A stretch of DNA of 63,901 nt, filler included, from Chiloscyllium plagiosum (Eukaryota): assembly GCF_004010195.1 (NCBI RefSeq). It is 5 parts of one record of this genome, joined end to end, with 100 filler letters (N's around TTAATTAATTAA, not from the genome) between each part and the next. Parts side by side here need not be neighbours in the genome. Positions count along the whole stretch, not along the records: positions 1 to 15,693 come from NC_057710.1; positions 15,794 to 31,003 come from NC_057710.1; 3 more parts are not named here. The stretch is one strand, 5' to 3'. The notes under the pieces are model-generated. The model was given only the letters and a program-made list of their open reading frames with translations, ran no database searches and was not told the DNA's origin. Below, in pieces: positions 13,052-23,260 of this stretch. Every line of letters begins with the position of its first letter. The stretch's first letter is position 1. A program made the translations under genes and the position numbers.

Positions 13052-13530
13052 GATCTCTGTTCAGCTCCCCAACTGACTTACCCTGAATTGCCAGGCTAGT
13101 TGCACTGGACCTACAGGACAGACTGTGACCCACTTCCTGACTATACAACTATGGACCTCATTACCATGTTCAGTCCAAACACCTGACAGACCATATCCCA
13201 GCTTTTAAACTGAGATCAGGTAATGCCCCTGACCGACTGCGCCAGTATCACCAAAATGCTGAATGTCTTCTTTGACTTGACTGAGCACTTAGATGTTGAG
13301 ACATCACCATTCAGTTGAAGCACATGCAGAGTGTTTGCTGTGTAAGTTGCTGACACGTGGTGAAGCTGTGAGCATGTGCTCTACTTACGTCATCATTGCT
13401 TTCAACATGACACGGTGGCCAGCTTTGTGTTTACTCTAAAAACACAAGGCAAGCTCGAAATGCAGAATGCATTCAAGTAAGTGCAAGAAAATCAACGAAC
13501 AACCCAGTGATGATCGCTTGTCTGAGGAGT

Positions 13531-14057
13531 TATAGAGTCATAGATTCACAGAGATGTACAGCACAGAAACAGACCCTTCAGTCCAACTTGTGACATCCCA
13601 ACCCAATCTAGACCCACTTGCAAGTACTCAACCCATATCCCTCCAAACCCTTCCTATTCATATACCCAACCAAATGCCTTTTAAATGTTGCAATCGTACC
13701 AGCCACCACCACTTCCTCTGGCAGCTCATTCCATATACGTAGCACCCTCTGCGTGAAAAATGTTGTCCCTTAGGTCTCTTTTATATGTTTCCCCTCTCAC
13801 TCTTAACCTATGCTCCTCCACTCCAGGGAAGAGACTTTCTCTATTCACCCTATCCATGCCCCTCATGATTTCACATACATTTGTAAGGTCACCCCTCAGC
13901 CTCTGACGATCCAGGGAAAATAGCCCTAGCCTATTCAATCTCTCTCTATAGCTCAAATCCTCCAACCCTGGCAACATCCTTATAAATCTTTTCTGAACTC
14001 TTTCAAGTCTCACAACATCCTTCTGATAGGAAGGAGACCAGAATTGCATGCAATAGT
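13531..14057 (-). mobile_element. CR1 LINE 3' fragment
   Basis: ORF 13726-14049 QFWSPSYQKDVVRLERVQKRF...RLRGDL; ctatgact tail. Confidence 0.92.
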
Positions 14058-14579
14058 CCTTAGGTATTTCTAAGGGAGCTGTAGTTAGCTTCTTTTTAAG
14101 TGAGGCAGTTAAACCTTATCAGCAGTAGGTGGGATTGCAAATTTGAGACAACAATCAGATCAACTCTAAATAACATCATTACATTCTCTTATGCAAATGC
14201 TACTGCGGATTTGTGGTGTGATATCTGTGCTGTGATTCAACATCCTCAGAACTAAAATCAATTTTAATGATCCTAATCCTAACACACATGCCAATAAATC
14301 TTCTTCTGAGGATCATGGCTTACAAAGAGGCAGATGCCATGCTGTGCCATCTGTTGTGGCTGTAATGTGGCAGGGAGCTGTTCCAGGCAGGGCCAGTAAC
14401 AATTTACTCAGCGACAAAACTTAGCTGTACCTTCTTGAAGGCAGCGTGTTGTATTGCTAACCTACATGGTGAATGTTTCAGAGCAGCAAAGAGGGCAATG
14501 TCTCTGTTAAGTACATGAATCACTCCCTTCACTTCAGCGCCAGTAAGCAAAGGTGAATACTGGATTATGACAAGCTTAC

Positions 14580-14850
14580 AGACATGAAATAGGGGTAGAA
14601 GACTACCATTTGGCCCCTTCAAGCCAGCTGTATCATTCAATAAGATTGTGTTTGATCTGTTTTTGTTTTGAATTCCATCTACTCCTGATAAACTTCAAGT
14701 ACCGTGCTTAACAAAAATCTATCCATCTCTGTCTTCAAAATATGCAATGAGCATCCTGTCCCCCAGGACACATTTCCATCACCTTTTGGATCAGAGAGTT
14801 ATACAATTAGATAGATTTTCATCTGAAGTTCCCTTCCCCTTTTAATTCCA
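14580..14850 (-). mobile_element. Old CR1 3' tail remnant
   Basis: catgaaataggggtagaagactaccatttggccccttcaagcc resembles the reverse complement of a CR1 3' UTR. Confidence 0.5.
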
Positions 14851-15400
14851 TGCTGCCTAGCTTTGGAAGAGTCTGCTATTTGGCCAAGTTGGAAGTTTGC
14901 TGATTTTTTTAAAAAAATTCTCTTTAAGATGCTCTGCTTTAATTGTGGCTATCCCTTTAAATTTTACGTACATCTAATTTTCCACTCATAATACAATCTG
15001 ATTTTTTTATGGAGGTTGTGAATAAATTACTTGAACTCTACTTGCTCAGAGAACTGAGAGCCATTCAGGAGGGACTTCTGCCAGTTTGAAAGCAGACTCA
15101 GGTCTGTTGATGAAAGTTGTCCTCTGAAATAATTGAAAATTGCTTTTAGGTGCAAAAGTATTCTCTATCCAATTGAAAAGTGGAAGGTAGTCTATATTCT
15201 TTTATCTTGGAGGCAAATAAACAGATTTGTTTGCTGAAAACACTCATAGAGAATTTAAAGAAAGCAAACCTTTAATTGATGAAAAATAGACACTTTTCTT
15301 CATGTCCTGAATCAATATGGTATAACTAATATTGCTCCCATGAGGAATTTTGCTCTGTATAAAATGTCCGCAGAGTTGACAGACATAAGAACAGTCATGG

Positions 15401-15693
15401 AGGAGAAAGTGAGGACTGCAGATGCTGGAGATCAGAGCTGAAAATGTGTTGCTGGAAAAGCGCAGCAGGTCAGGCAGCATCCAAGGAGCAGGAGAATCGA
15501 CGTTTCGGGCATGAGCCCTTCTTCAGGAATGAGGAAAGTGTGTCCAACAGGCTAAGACAAAGCCTGTTGAGAGGAGGGAGGAGGGACTTGGGGGAGGGGC
15601 ATTGGAAATGCGATAGGTGGAAGGAGGTCAAGGTGAGGGTAATAGGCCAGAGTGGGGGTGGGGGCGGAGAGGTCAGGAAGAAGATTGCAGGTT
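15401..15693 (-). mobile_element. Penelope-like pLTR, truncated by gap
   Basis: Near identical to 29197-29385 (attached to a GIY-YIG ORF) and to 30791-31003. Confidence 0.85.
15495..15530 (-). ncRNA. Minimal hammerhead ribozyme motif
   Basis: auuc-CUGAAGA-a-gggc-ucau-gccc-GAAA-cg-UC-gauu. Confidence 0.75.
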
Positions 15694-15793
15694 NNNNNNN
15701 NNNNNNNNNNNNNNNNNNNNNNNNNNNNNNNNNNNNNTTAATTAATTAANNNNNNNNNNNNNNNNNNNNNNNNNNNNNNNNNNNNNNNNNNNN
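15694..15793. other. Scaffold gap with artificial linker
   Basis: 44 N + TTAATTAATTAA + 44 N = 100 bp; same design at three other sites. Confidence 0.97.
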
Positions 15794-16716
15794 TTAGAAT
15801 TTCTCAGCTCTATCCACACTGACTCTACATCTCCTGACTCTTGGTCCCCCCGCGCAAGGGACTGAATATCATCCCTTACTAACAAGGCCACCCCACCCCC
15901 TCTGCCCGTCAGTCTGTCCTTACGATAGCACGTATAGCCTTGAATATTCATTTCCCAGACCCTGTCCACTTGAAGTCACGTCTCAGTTATCCCACAATAT
16001 TGTATCTGCCAATTTCCAAAAGAGCCTCAAGCTCATCCATCTTATTTCTAATGCTTCGTGCATTCATGTATAGTATTTTTAATTTGTTACTGTCTTTCCC
16101 ATCAACCCTTATTTCACTCAACCTTACAGCATGATACCTTTCTGAGTCTTCTGCCTCATTGATACAGTTTCTTGACTTCTCTTGTTCTAACTTTCCCTTC
16201 AATTTCCTTTTTAAACATCCAGTTTGTCCCCTCCCCCCCGCTACTTAGTTTAAATGTAGCTGTGTTGCAGTAGAAAACCTGCCTGCCAGAATGCTGGTCC
16301 CTAACCTATTAAGGTGCAAGCCGTCTCTCTTGTAGAATTTATGCTTACCACAAAATATACCCCAGTGATCCAAGAACTTAAATCCTTGCTTCCTGCACCA
16401 GTTTCCCAACCACACGTTCAAGTCCATTATCTCCCTGTTTCTGGCCACACCAGCCCGAGGAACTGGAAGCAAACCGGAGATAACCACCTTGGACGTCCTG
16501 CTTTTCAGCCTTTAGAACACACCCACTCTAATAGTAATCACTTACCTTCCCGACCGGCTTTGCGCTCCATCTGAACTTCTGCCCAGCTCCCGCCGCTCTC
16601 TGTTGCGAAAAGACCGTTGGCGTCGAGGTAAGTTCTTTATACAGTAATCACTTACCTTCCCGACCGGCTTTGCGCTGCGTCTGAACTTCCGCCCAGCTCC
16701 CGCCGCTCTCTGTTGC
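15794..16716 (-). mobile_element. CR1 5' portion: duplicated 5' UTR, ORF1 esterase C-terminus, ORF2 endonuclease start
   Basis: VVISGLLP...FLDHW...RDGLHLN (16245-16487); LYMNARSIRNKMDEL and YRKDR...GGGVALLV (to the gap); 5' UTR shared with 45751-45828. Confidence 0.92.
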
Positions 16717-16981
16717 TTAGCCCTGTGTGTATAAAGGTAGTGTTTCATAGCTGAATTATAGTTTTAATTAGTAAAGATATGATGATAGTTTATAATTGTT
16801 TTCCTTTGGTTAAAACCTATTTATGTGTAACAAAGAGCAATGCTCGTTAAGCAGAGAACCCTGAACCTGGTTTCTGTCCACTGTGGTCTAGAGGACTTGT
16901 AAATTGGGGAATTCTGTGTACTTTTCAAAATCTTTAATTTTTGTGATAGCTCTGGAAATAGCAGAGCTTGATTTCCAGTGT

Positions 16982-17131
16982 TATGGAGGAGCCGGTGTTG
17001 GACTCCGGTGGATAAAGTTAAAAATCACACAACACCAGGTTATGGTTCAACAGGTTTATTTGGAAGCACTAGCTTTCGGAGCGCTGCTCCTTCATCAGGT
17101 GGCATAACCTGGTGTTGTGTGATTTTTAACT
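16982..17131 (-). mobile_element. Mini Penelope-type pLTR element with inverted arm and 14-bp TSD
   Basis: TSD ttgatttccagtgt at 16968-16981 and 17132-17145; perfect 31-bp inverted repeat 17014-17044 / 17103-17133. Confidence 0.85.
17067..17101 (-). ncRNA. Minimal hammerhead ribozyme motif
   Basis: cac-CUGAUGA-a-ggagc-agc-gcucc-GAAA-gc-UA-gug: perfect stems I and II, palindromic AGCU. Confidence 0.82.
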
Positions 17132-17392
17132 TTGATTTCCAGTGTGTTACCCCATTGAGTTGTGATAGAGGTCCTTTGGAGCAAGTGGCAAAATGAATTT
17201 GCCAAAGAGCTGCTCTGATATTCCTGTTGAGCTTTCTCAATATCAATCTTATTTAGTGCATTAGGTAAGATAGAAATCTGAATATTAATAAGGCAAGTTG
17301 GGCATTTAACTAAGGAATAATCCCATTAACTGACAACTCACTACTGCCTAATGAGAAACTTGTCCCACCACTTGTCAATTACATAATAGAGA

Positions 17393-17468
17393 TGATAGTA
17401 CAATGGTATCATCCCAACCTTTGAGCTAGGTTCAAACCCACCTACCCAAGATGTGCATTGTAACAGCC
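17393..17468 (+). mobile_element. Short tRNA-like SINE remnant
   Basis: ctaggttcaaacccacctacccaagatgtg B-box-like segment, similar to 51280-51378. Confidence 0.45.
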
Positions 17469-17612
17469 GAAAGAGCTGCGGATGCTGTAAATCCAAGATA
17501 GAAATTGCTGGAAAAGCAAGTCCTGAGGAAGGGTCACTCGACATGAAAAGTTAACTCTGATTTCTCTCCACAGATGCTGCTAGATCTGCTGAGCTTCTCC
17601 AGCAATTTCTTT
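17469..17612 (+). mobile_element. Penelope-type pLTR mini-element with inverted arm and degenerate hammerhead
   Basis: CTGAGGA-a-gggtcactcgacat-GAAA-ag-TT at 17523-17552; arms 17500-17517 / 17593-17610 are 17/18 complementary. Confidence 0.7.
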
Positions 17613-18280
17613 TCATTTATTGGTATCGAAACAATAGAGAGTTATGTTCCAGATGCATAAAGAATCTTGTCTGATTCTGCCATAAATCTTGCCATAACCC
17701 ATGTCAGTCAGACACTTATAAATTTCCATCCTATATGTTTCTAATACTGACTCATTCTTTTAGGACTGACATTGCCGGTAAGTTATGCTGGGCTCTCACT
17801 TCTGCTGAGTGAAATATGACAAGATGCATGCTCACAAATGGATGGTGATTGTTACAAGACCAGTGTAATTTAATAGGAACATGCCAGAGAATTAAATTGC
17901 TTTTCCCAGCATTTAGCAGTTATCTGTTTTGGTATATTCCACTTCTCCATTTCAGAAGTTATTCACAGCAAGCTTTCTTCCAGTCAATCGTGAGTATTAT
18001 CTTCAAAGGCAAAGTCCTGTGGATATTGAAAATCTGAAATAGAAATAAAAATTGCTTGTGACACACAACAACTGAAGCAACATTTGATAAGAAACAACAG
18101 ACTTACCAGCATGGATTCTAACTATGTTTTATGCAGGGTTTTGGGTAGGAATGTTGGGGAGGCAGAATGGTCTGTGATCAGAACAGGTATCCCAATCATG
18201 CACCAGTTTTCAATTGCAGCCTTCCACTAATTTTAGTTTTGATCTCTCTATTTCCCAATCATGGTCAGTGCATTTGTCAG

Positions 18281-19004
18281 TGTTACAGACGAGACCAAAC
18301 CCCTTCATAGTATATTAAGGAGCTAGTCTAGACCCAAATGTTTTCTTATTTTGAAGGTAAGTATAAAGTGTTGCACTCCAGAGGCAATTTGACCAATCAA
18401 ACCACAAGATTTGGAGCAAAACACACTTTAGACATACACTATAGTTAAAATACAACAAAGGAGGAAAAAAGAAAATTGGCTTAGCTGTAACTCTATTGAA
18501 ATGCTTAACCAAATACAGTGACTATCACTAATTAACTGTTCTAATATAGTAATATCTCATACACGACCCTATTAACAAAGGCAAATTCAGAAAAACAGAT
18601 CATCTCTCGTGCACCTCCAGCAGCAGGAAGAGAACCCCCAGTAGGTAAACAGGAGACTGGAAGAACATAAGAAGCCAGCAGTTTCAGGAGGTGGACAAGT
18701 CAACCTTTCAGGCGTAATCCTTCTTTAGCTTTTAGCTGTAACCGAGAGAAGGGAAAGGAGCTTCCACATCATCAAGCAGCAATTGCTACTAAGAAACTAA
18801 AAAACTAAAAATGCTGGTTTTGTGGGAGTTTGATCCCACCCATTCAGGCTGCTCCTATTGTCCCAACTTTAAAGAAAACGCAAGGCCACGCAAACTGTTT
18901 ACTTTCATGGCACTGCGTAGACTGCTTGGGTCCTCTGACTTAAAACCTCTCTTCAAAAAATGAACAGGACAAAATACATCTCTTAAAGCCATAGTATTGT
19001 CATG
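18281..19004. mobile_element. Probable solo LTR containing a small pLTR insertion (~18642-18726)
   Basis: Begins TGTTAC, ends gtattgtcatg; flanks gtcag/gacag (4/5 TSD); inner piece is the reverse complement of 42160-42260. Confidence 0.5.
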
Positions 19005-19117
19005 GACAGGTAACAAAATCTATTGGACAGTGATGGCTAATAACATAGGGTCATAGCTAAGTTGGGCTGAGAACAAGTATGTCCAGTGAGTGGAAGGCAA
19101 TGGGGGTGGATCATGCA

Positions 19118-19437
19118 TTTTTTTAAAAATCATTTTGTGGGATGTGGGCATCTCTGCCTGGGTCAGCATTTATTGCCTGTCCCTAGTTGCCCTTGAGAAG
19201 GTGGTGAGCTGCCTTCATGAACCACTGTAGTCCACCTGTTGTCAGTTGACCCACAATGCCATTAGGAAGGGAATTCCAGAATTTTGACCCAGCGACAGTG
19301 AAGGAACAGCGATATATTTCCAAGTCAGAATGGTGAGTAACTTGGAGGGGAACTTGAAGATGGTGATGTTCCCATGTATCTGCTGCCCTTGTCCTTCTAG
19401 ATGGAAGTGGTCGTGGGTTTGGAAGGCGCTGTCTAAG
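19118..19437 (-). mobile_element. CR1/L2-group LINE 3' end (tail shared with SacSINE1-type SINE)
   Basis: SFTVAGSKFWNSLPNGIVG...FMKAAHHLLKGN* followed by ggcaataaatgctgacc...cccacatccc. Confidence 0.8.
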
Positions 19438-19695
19438 GGTCTGGTAGTCTAAGTGCAAGGGCAGTGGGTCTGGCCACAAAGGGTCAGTGAGTTTGGGCAG
19501 GGGAGCTGACAGGTCACATCGGAGTGGAGTGTAGACTGATTGGTTGTTCAGTGGGGAGCTGAGAGGGTCAGGAACAATGACTCCTGCTTCTTCAGGCATC
19601 CGAACAGCACTGTAAAGGCACTTCTCTCACAAACTCAACCCTTCTCACCTCCTTTTGCCTGTTGTGTTTCCTGCAGCATAGCAAAACTAACTGAA

Positions 19696-19790
19696 CTGAG
19701 GATGTCAGAAATCTAAATTGAAAACAGAAATAGCTAGAGAAACCCAACAGGTCTGGCAGCATCTGTAGAGAGAAAGCAGAACCAACATTT
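19696..19790 (-). mobile_element. Penelope-type pLTR fragment; hammerhead 5' half possibly displaced to 20281-20297 by a CR1 insertion
   Basis: caggtctggcagcatctgtagagagaaagcaga matches the 17560-17610 and 57595-57680 family; tgacccttcttcagaa at 20281. Confidence 0.55.
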
Positions 19791-19792
19791 GT

Positions 19793-20216
19793 GTCATAGA
19801 GACATAGAATAGTACAGCAAAGGAACAGTCTCTTCAGTCCAACAAGTCTGTGCCAATCACAAACCAGTGCCACCTGCCTACACTTGGCCCATATCCTTCC
19901 ATTCATTACTTGGTCATGTATTTATCCAAATGCCTTTTAAACATTGTACCTGTACCGACACCTACCACTCCCTCTGGCAATTCATTCCACACATGAACCA
20001 TTTTCTGTATGAAAAGGTTGTCTCCCATGCCTTTTTTAAAATTGTTCTCCTCTCACCTTAAGAATATGCCCCCAATCTTGAAATCCCCCACCCGAGGAAG
20101 AGACACCTGGCATTCACCCGATCTATACCCCTCATGATCTTACAAACTTCTGTAAGGTCATCCCTCAACCTACTACCCTCCAGTGAAAAATGTCCCAGTC
20201 TATCCAACCTCTCCTT
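19793..20216 (-). mobile_element. CR1 LINE 3' fragment
   Basis: Reverse complement of RLRDDL.EVCKIMRGID...WNELPE...FKRHLDK and a ctatg tail. Confidence 0.85.
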
Positions 20217-20596
20217 CGAACTAAAGAGTCTGATAAATTCTGGGAGACATAGCCTTTACGACGCTGCAGCGGTTGGAATTTGACCCTTCTTCAGAACTGA
20301 AGGTTGGGAATGTAGAAGGTAGATGTAGGATTGCGGACCATCTCACAAACCAGACCAACTTCCTTTTCCACTGCAAACTGTCTCCATCACCAGCAATGCA
20401 TGGCTTAAAGAAACTGGGGGAGTGATTTGAGTCTAATGTTGTTTAATTTAAAGTTAAAGCCAACTTGCTATGAAGTACTGATTGGTAGATGAGGGGCTGC
20501 AACTCAGGCTTTTGTTGCGTTTCATTGGAACTATTCAGGAGACCAAGGACTAGAAGACCAGAGTGGGAATTAAAGAAAGAAATAAGGGCTGTGGAG

Positions 20597-21360
20597 ACAA
20601 AATCCGCAACTTAATGGCAAGGTCCTAGGCAGTGTTGCTGAACAAAGAGACTTGGAATGCAGGTTCATAGCTTCTTGAAATTGGAGTCGCAGGTAGGTAG
20701 GATAATGAAGAAGGCATTTGGTATGCTTTAATTTATTGGTCAGCGTATTGAGTACAGGAGTTGGGAGGTCATGTTGCAGCTGTACAGGATATTGGTTAGG
20801 CCACTGTTGTAATATTGTGTGTAATTCTGGTCTCCTTCCTATCAGAAAGATGTTGTGAAACTTGAAAGGGTTCAGAAAAGATTTACAAGGATGTTGCCGG
20901 GGTTGGAGGATTTGAGCTACAGGGAGAGGCTGAACAGGCTGGGGCTGTTTTCCCTGGAGCATCAGAGGCTGAGGGGTGACCTTCTAGAGATTTACAAAAT
21001 TATGAGGAGCATGGATAGGATAAATAGACAAAGTCTTTTCCCTGGGGTCAGGGAGTCCAGAACTAGAGGGCATAGGTTTAGGGTGAGAGGGGAAAGATAT
21101 AAAAGGGACCTAAGGGGCAATATTTTCACACAGAGGGTGGTACGTGTATGGAATAAGCTGCCAGAGGAAGTTGTGGAGGCCAGTACAATTGCAACATTTC
21201 AGAGGCATTTGGTTTGGTATATGAAAATGAAGGGTTTGGAGGGATATGGGTCGGGTGCTGGCAGGTGGAACTAGATTGGGTTTGGATATCTGGTTGGCAT
21301 GGACAGGTTGGACCGAAGGGTCTGTTTCCATGCTGTACATCTCTATGACTCTATGACTCT
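20597..21360 (+). mobile_element. CR1 LINE 3' fragment (young)
   Basis: ORF 20855-21274 KLERVQKRFTRMLPGL...RVVRVWNKLPEEVV; (ctatgact)n tail. Confidence 0.95.
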
Positions 21361-21448
21361 AAGTAAATGTAGAAATCATGGAGCTACTGCAATGTCTTTC
21401 AAAGACTTAGCTGAAAAGAAAACTACAAGAAGTGAAGAAACTATCATA

Positions 21449-22385
21449 TTTTTTATTCATTTAGGGACGATGGTATGGCGGGCTGCAGCAGCATTTATTA
21501 CCCATGCCCAGTTACCCTTCAGAAGATGATGCAGAGCTGCTTTCTTGAACTGCTGCAGTTTGTGTGCTGTAAGTAGGCCCATCTTGCCATTAGTGAGGGA
21601 TTTACAGGATTTTTACCTAGCAACATTGAAGGAAAAGTGTTTTTTTTGCCAGTCAGGATGGTGAGTGACTTGAAGATAATTATATTCCCATGTACTAGCT
21701 GTTCTTGTCCTTCTAGTTGGAAGTGTGTTTAGAAGGAGACTTAGTGAATTTCTGCAGTGCACCTTGTAGATGGTGCACACTGTTGCTATTGAGTGTTGGT
21801 GGTGGAGAAGGTGGACGCTTGTGGATGTGGTGGCACTAAAGTGGGCTGATTTTTCCTGGATGATGCCAAGCTTCTTGAGTGTTGTTGGAATTGAACTCAT
21901 CCAGACAAGAAGGGAGTGTTCCATCCCTCCCCTGACTTTTGCCTTGTAGATGGTGAAAAAGCTTTGGAGAGTCAAGAGATAAGTTATTCCTTACAAAGTT
22001 CACATGCTTCTGGCTAGTTTTCATAACCACAGTACTTATATGTCAAGTCTGGTTCAGTTCCTGGTCAATAGTAACTCTCAAGATATTGATAGCATGGGTT
22101 CAGAGACATCATTACCATTGAATGCCAAAAGGCAACAGTGCGATTCTTTCAAGTTGAGATAGTTATTACCTTGTACTTGTGAGGCGTGAATGTTACTCAT
22201 CACTTGTCAGCCCAAGCCTGGATACTGTCTAGATCTTGTTGGACTTGGGCATGAACTGCTTCTGTATCAGAGGAGTCACTTATGACGCTGACCATTGTGT
22301 AATCATCATCAAACATCCCCTCTTCTGACCTTATGATGGAGAGAAGGTAATTGATGAAGCCCCGCTTATGATGATTTGGCCCTGT
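21449..22385 (-). mobile_element. CR1/L2-group LINE RT C-terminus plus 3' end
   Basis: TIYKAKVRGGMEHSLLVWMSS...LKKLGIIQEK (ORF 21613-21975); FDDD-like tttgatgatgat at ~22303-22314; same family as 19118-19437. Confidence 0.8.
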
Positions 22386-22590
22386 AATTGGATAGTTACT
22401 GCATGATTCCAGCTTGGCTGTACTTGTGCCTGTTGGTCAGGGTCACTAACTGTCTGGGTCAGAATTGGTCAGAAATGTTTGGACAAACATATTCTGAGTT
22501 CAGAGATTCTTTATCAATGGCACAAGTTGCAGTCAAACTTTGCAATCTTTTTTTTCATGCTGCACATCTGAAAATGCGTTATATTCAGAC

Positions 22591-22745
22591 AGTCATAGAG
22601 CTGCGCAGCATGGAAACAGACCCTTCGGTCCAATTCGCCCATCCCGACCAGATATCCTAAATTTGTCAGCATTTGACCTATATCCTTCTAAACCTTTCCT
22701 ATTCATATACCCATCTCCACCATTTCCTGTGGTAGTTCATTCCAT
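22591..22745 (-). mobile_element. CR1 3' tail fragment
   Basis: gtcatagagctgcgcagcatggaaacagacccttcggtcc is the reverse of the CR1 3' UTR. Confidence 0.8.
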
Positions 22746-22754
22746 CTTCAAGGT

Positions 22755-23260
22755 CAGCTATGAATTTCACTGTTTGTTTATTTTTCTTAGAAGGAACTTC
22801 AATTAGATTAGATTACATTACAGTGTGGAAACAGGCCCTTTGACCCAACAAGTCCACACCGACCCGCCGAAGCACAACCCACCCATACATTTACCCCTTC
22901 AACTAACACTACAGGCAATTCAGCATGGCCAATTCACCTGACCTGCACATCTTTGTGACTGTGGGAGGAAACCGGAGCACCCAGAGGAAACCCACGCAGA
23001 CACGGGGAGAACGTGCAAACTCCACACAGAGAGTCGCCTGAGGCGGGAATTGAACCCGGGTCTCTGGCGCTGTGAGGCAGCAGTGCTAACCACTGTGCCA
23101 CCGTGCTGTCCAATGTCCAGTTTCTAAACAGCAGAGGCAGTCAGCTGTGCAGGTTCACTGCTGGATCCAGACAGCTGCATGGATTTACGTCTCTGCTTGT
23201 TTCACTTGTTTGACTTCCCACCATGTGGTTACTGCTTTGTCTCCCCTCCACCTTTTTTAA
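22755..23260 (-). mobile_element. CR1 5' UTR remnant interrupted by a SINE
   Basis: tgaatttcactgtttg...aaacagcagaggcagtcagctgtgcaggttcactgctg matches 62210-62310. Confidence 0.65.
22804..23111 (-). mobile_element. HE1/V-SINE-type SINE, full length
   Basis: A and B boxes, V core, CR1-like tail, aatct repeats; short caat duplication at the flanks. Confidence 0.92.

Noticed and set aside
15444..15969. ORFs crossing N gaps and ending LIN
   Set aside because: Artefacts of the TTAATTAATTAA linker
16533..16716. Repeat-spacer-repeat resembling CRISPR
   Set aside because: Only two 74-bp units, within a CR1 5' UTR also present at 45773-45828
16720..16967. Possible LTR fragment
   Set aside because: Only a compositional impression; no termini or second copy in the window
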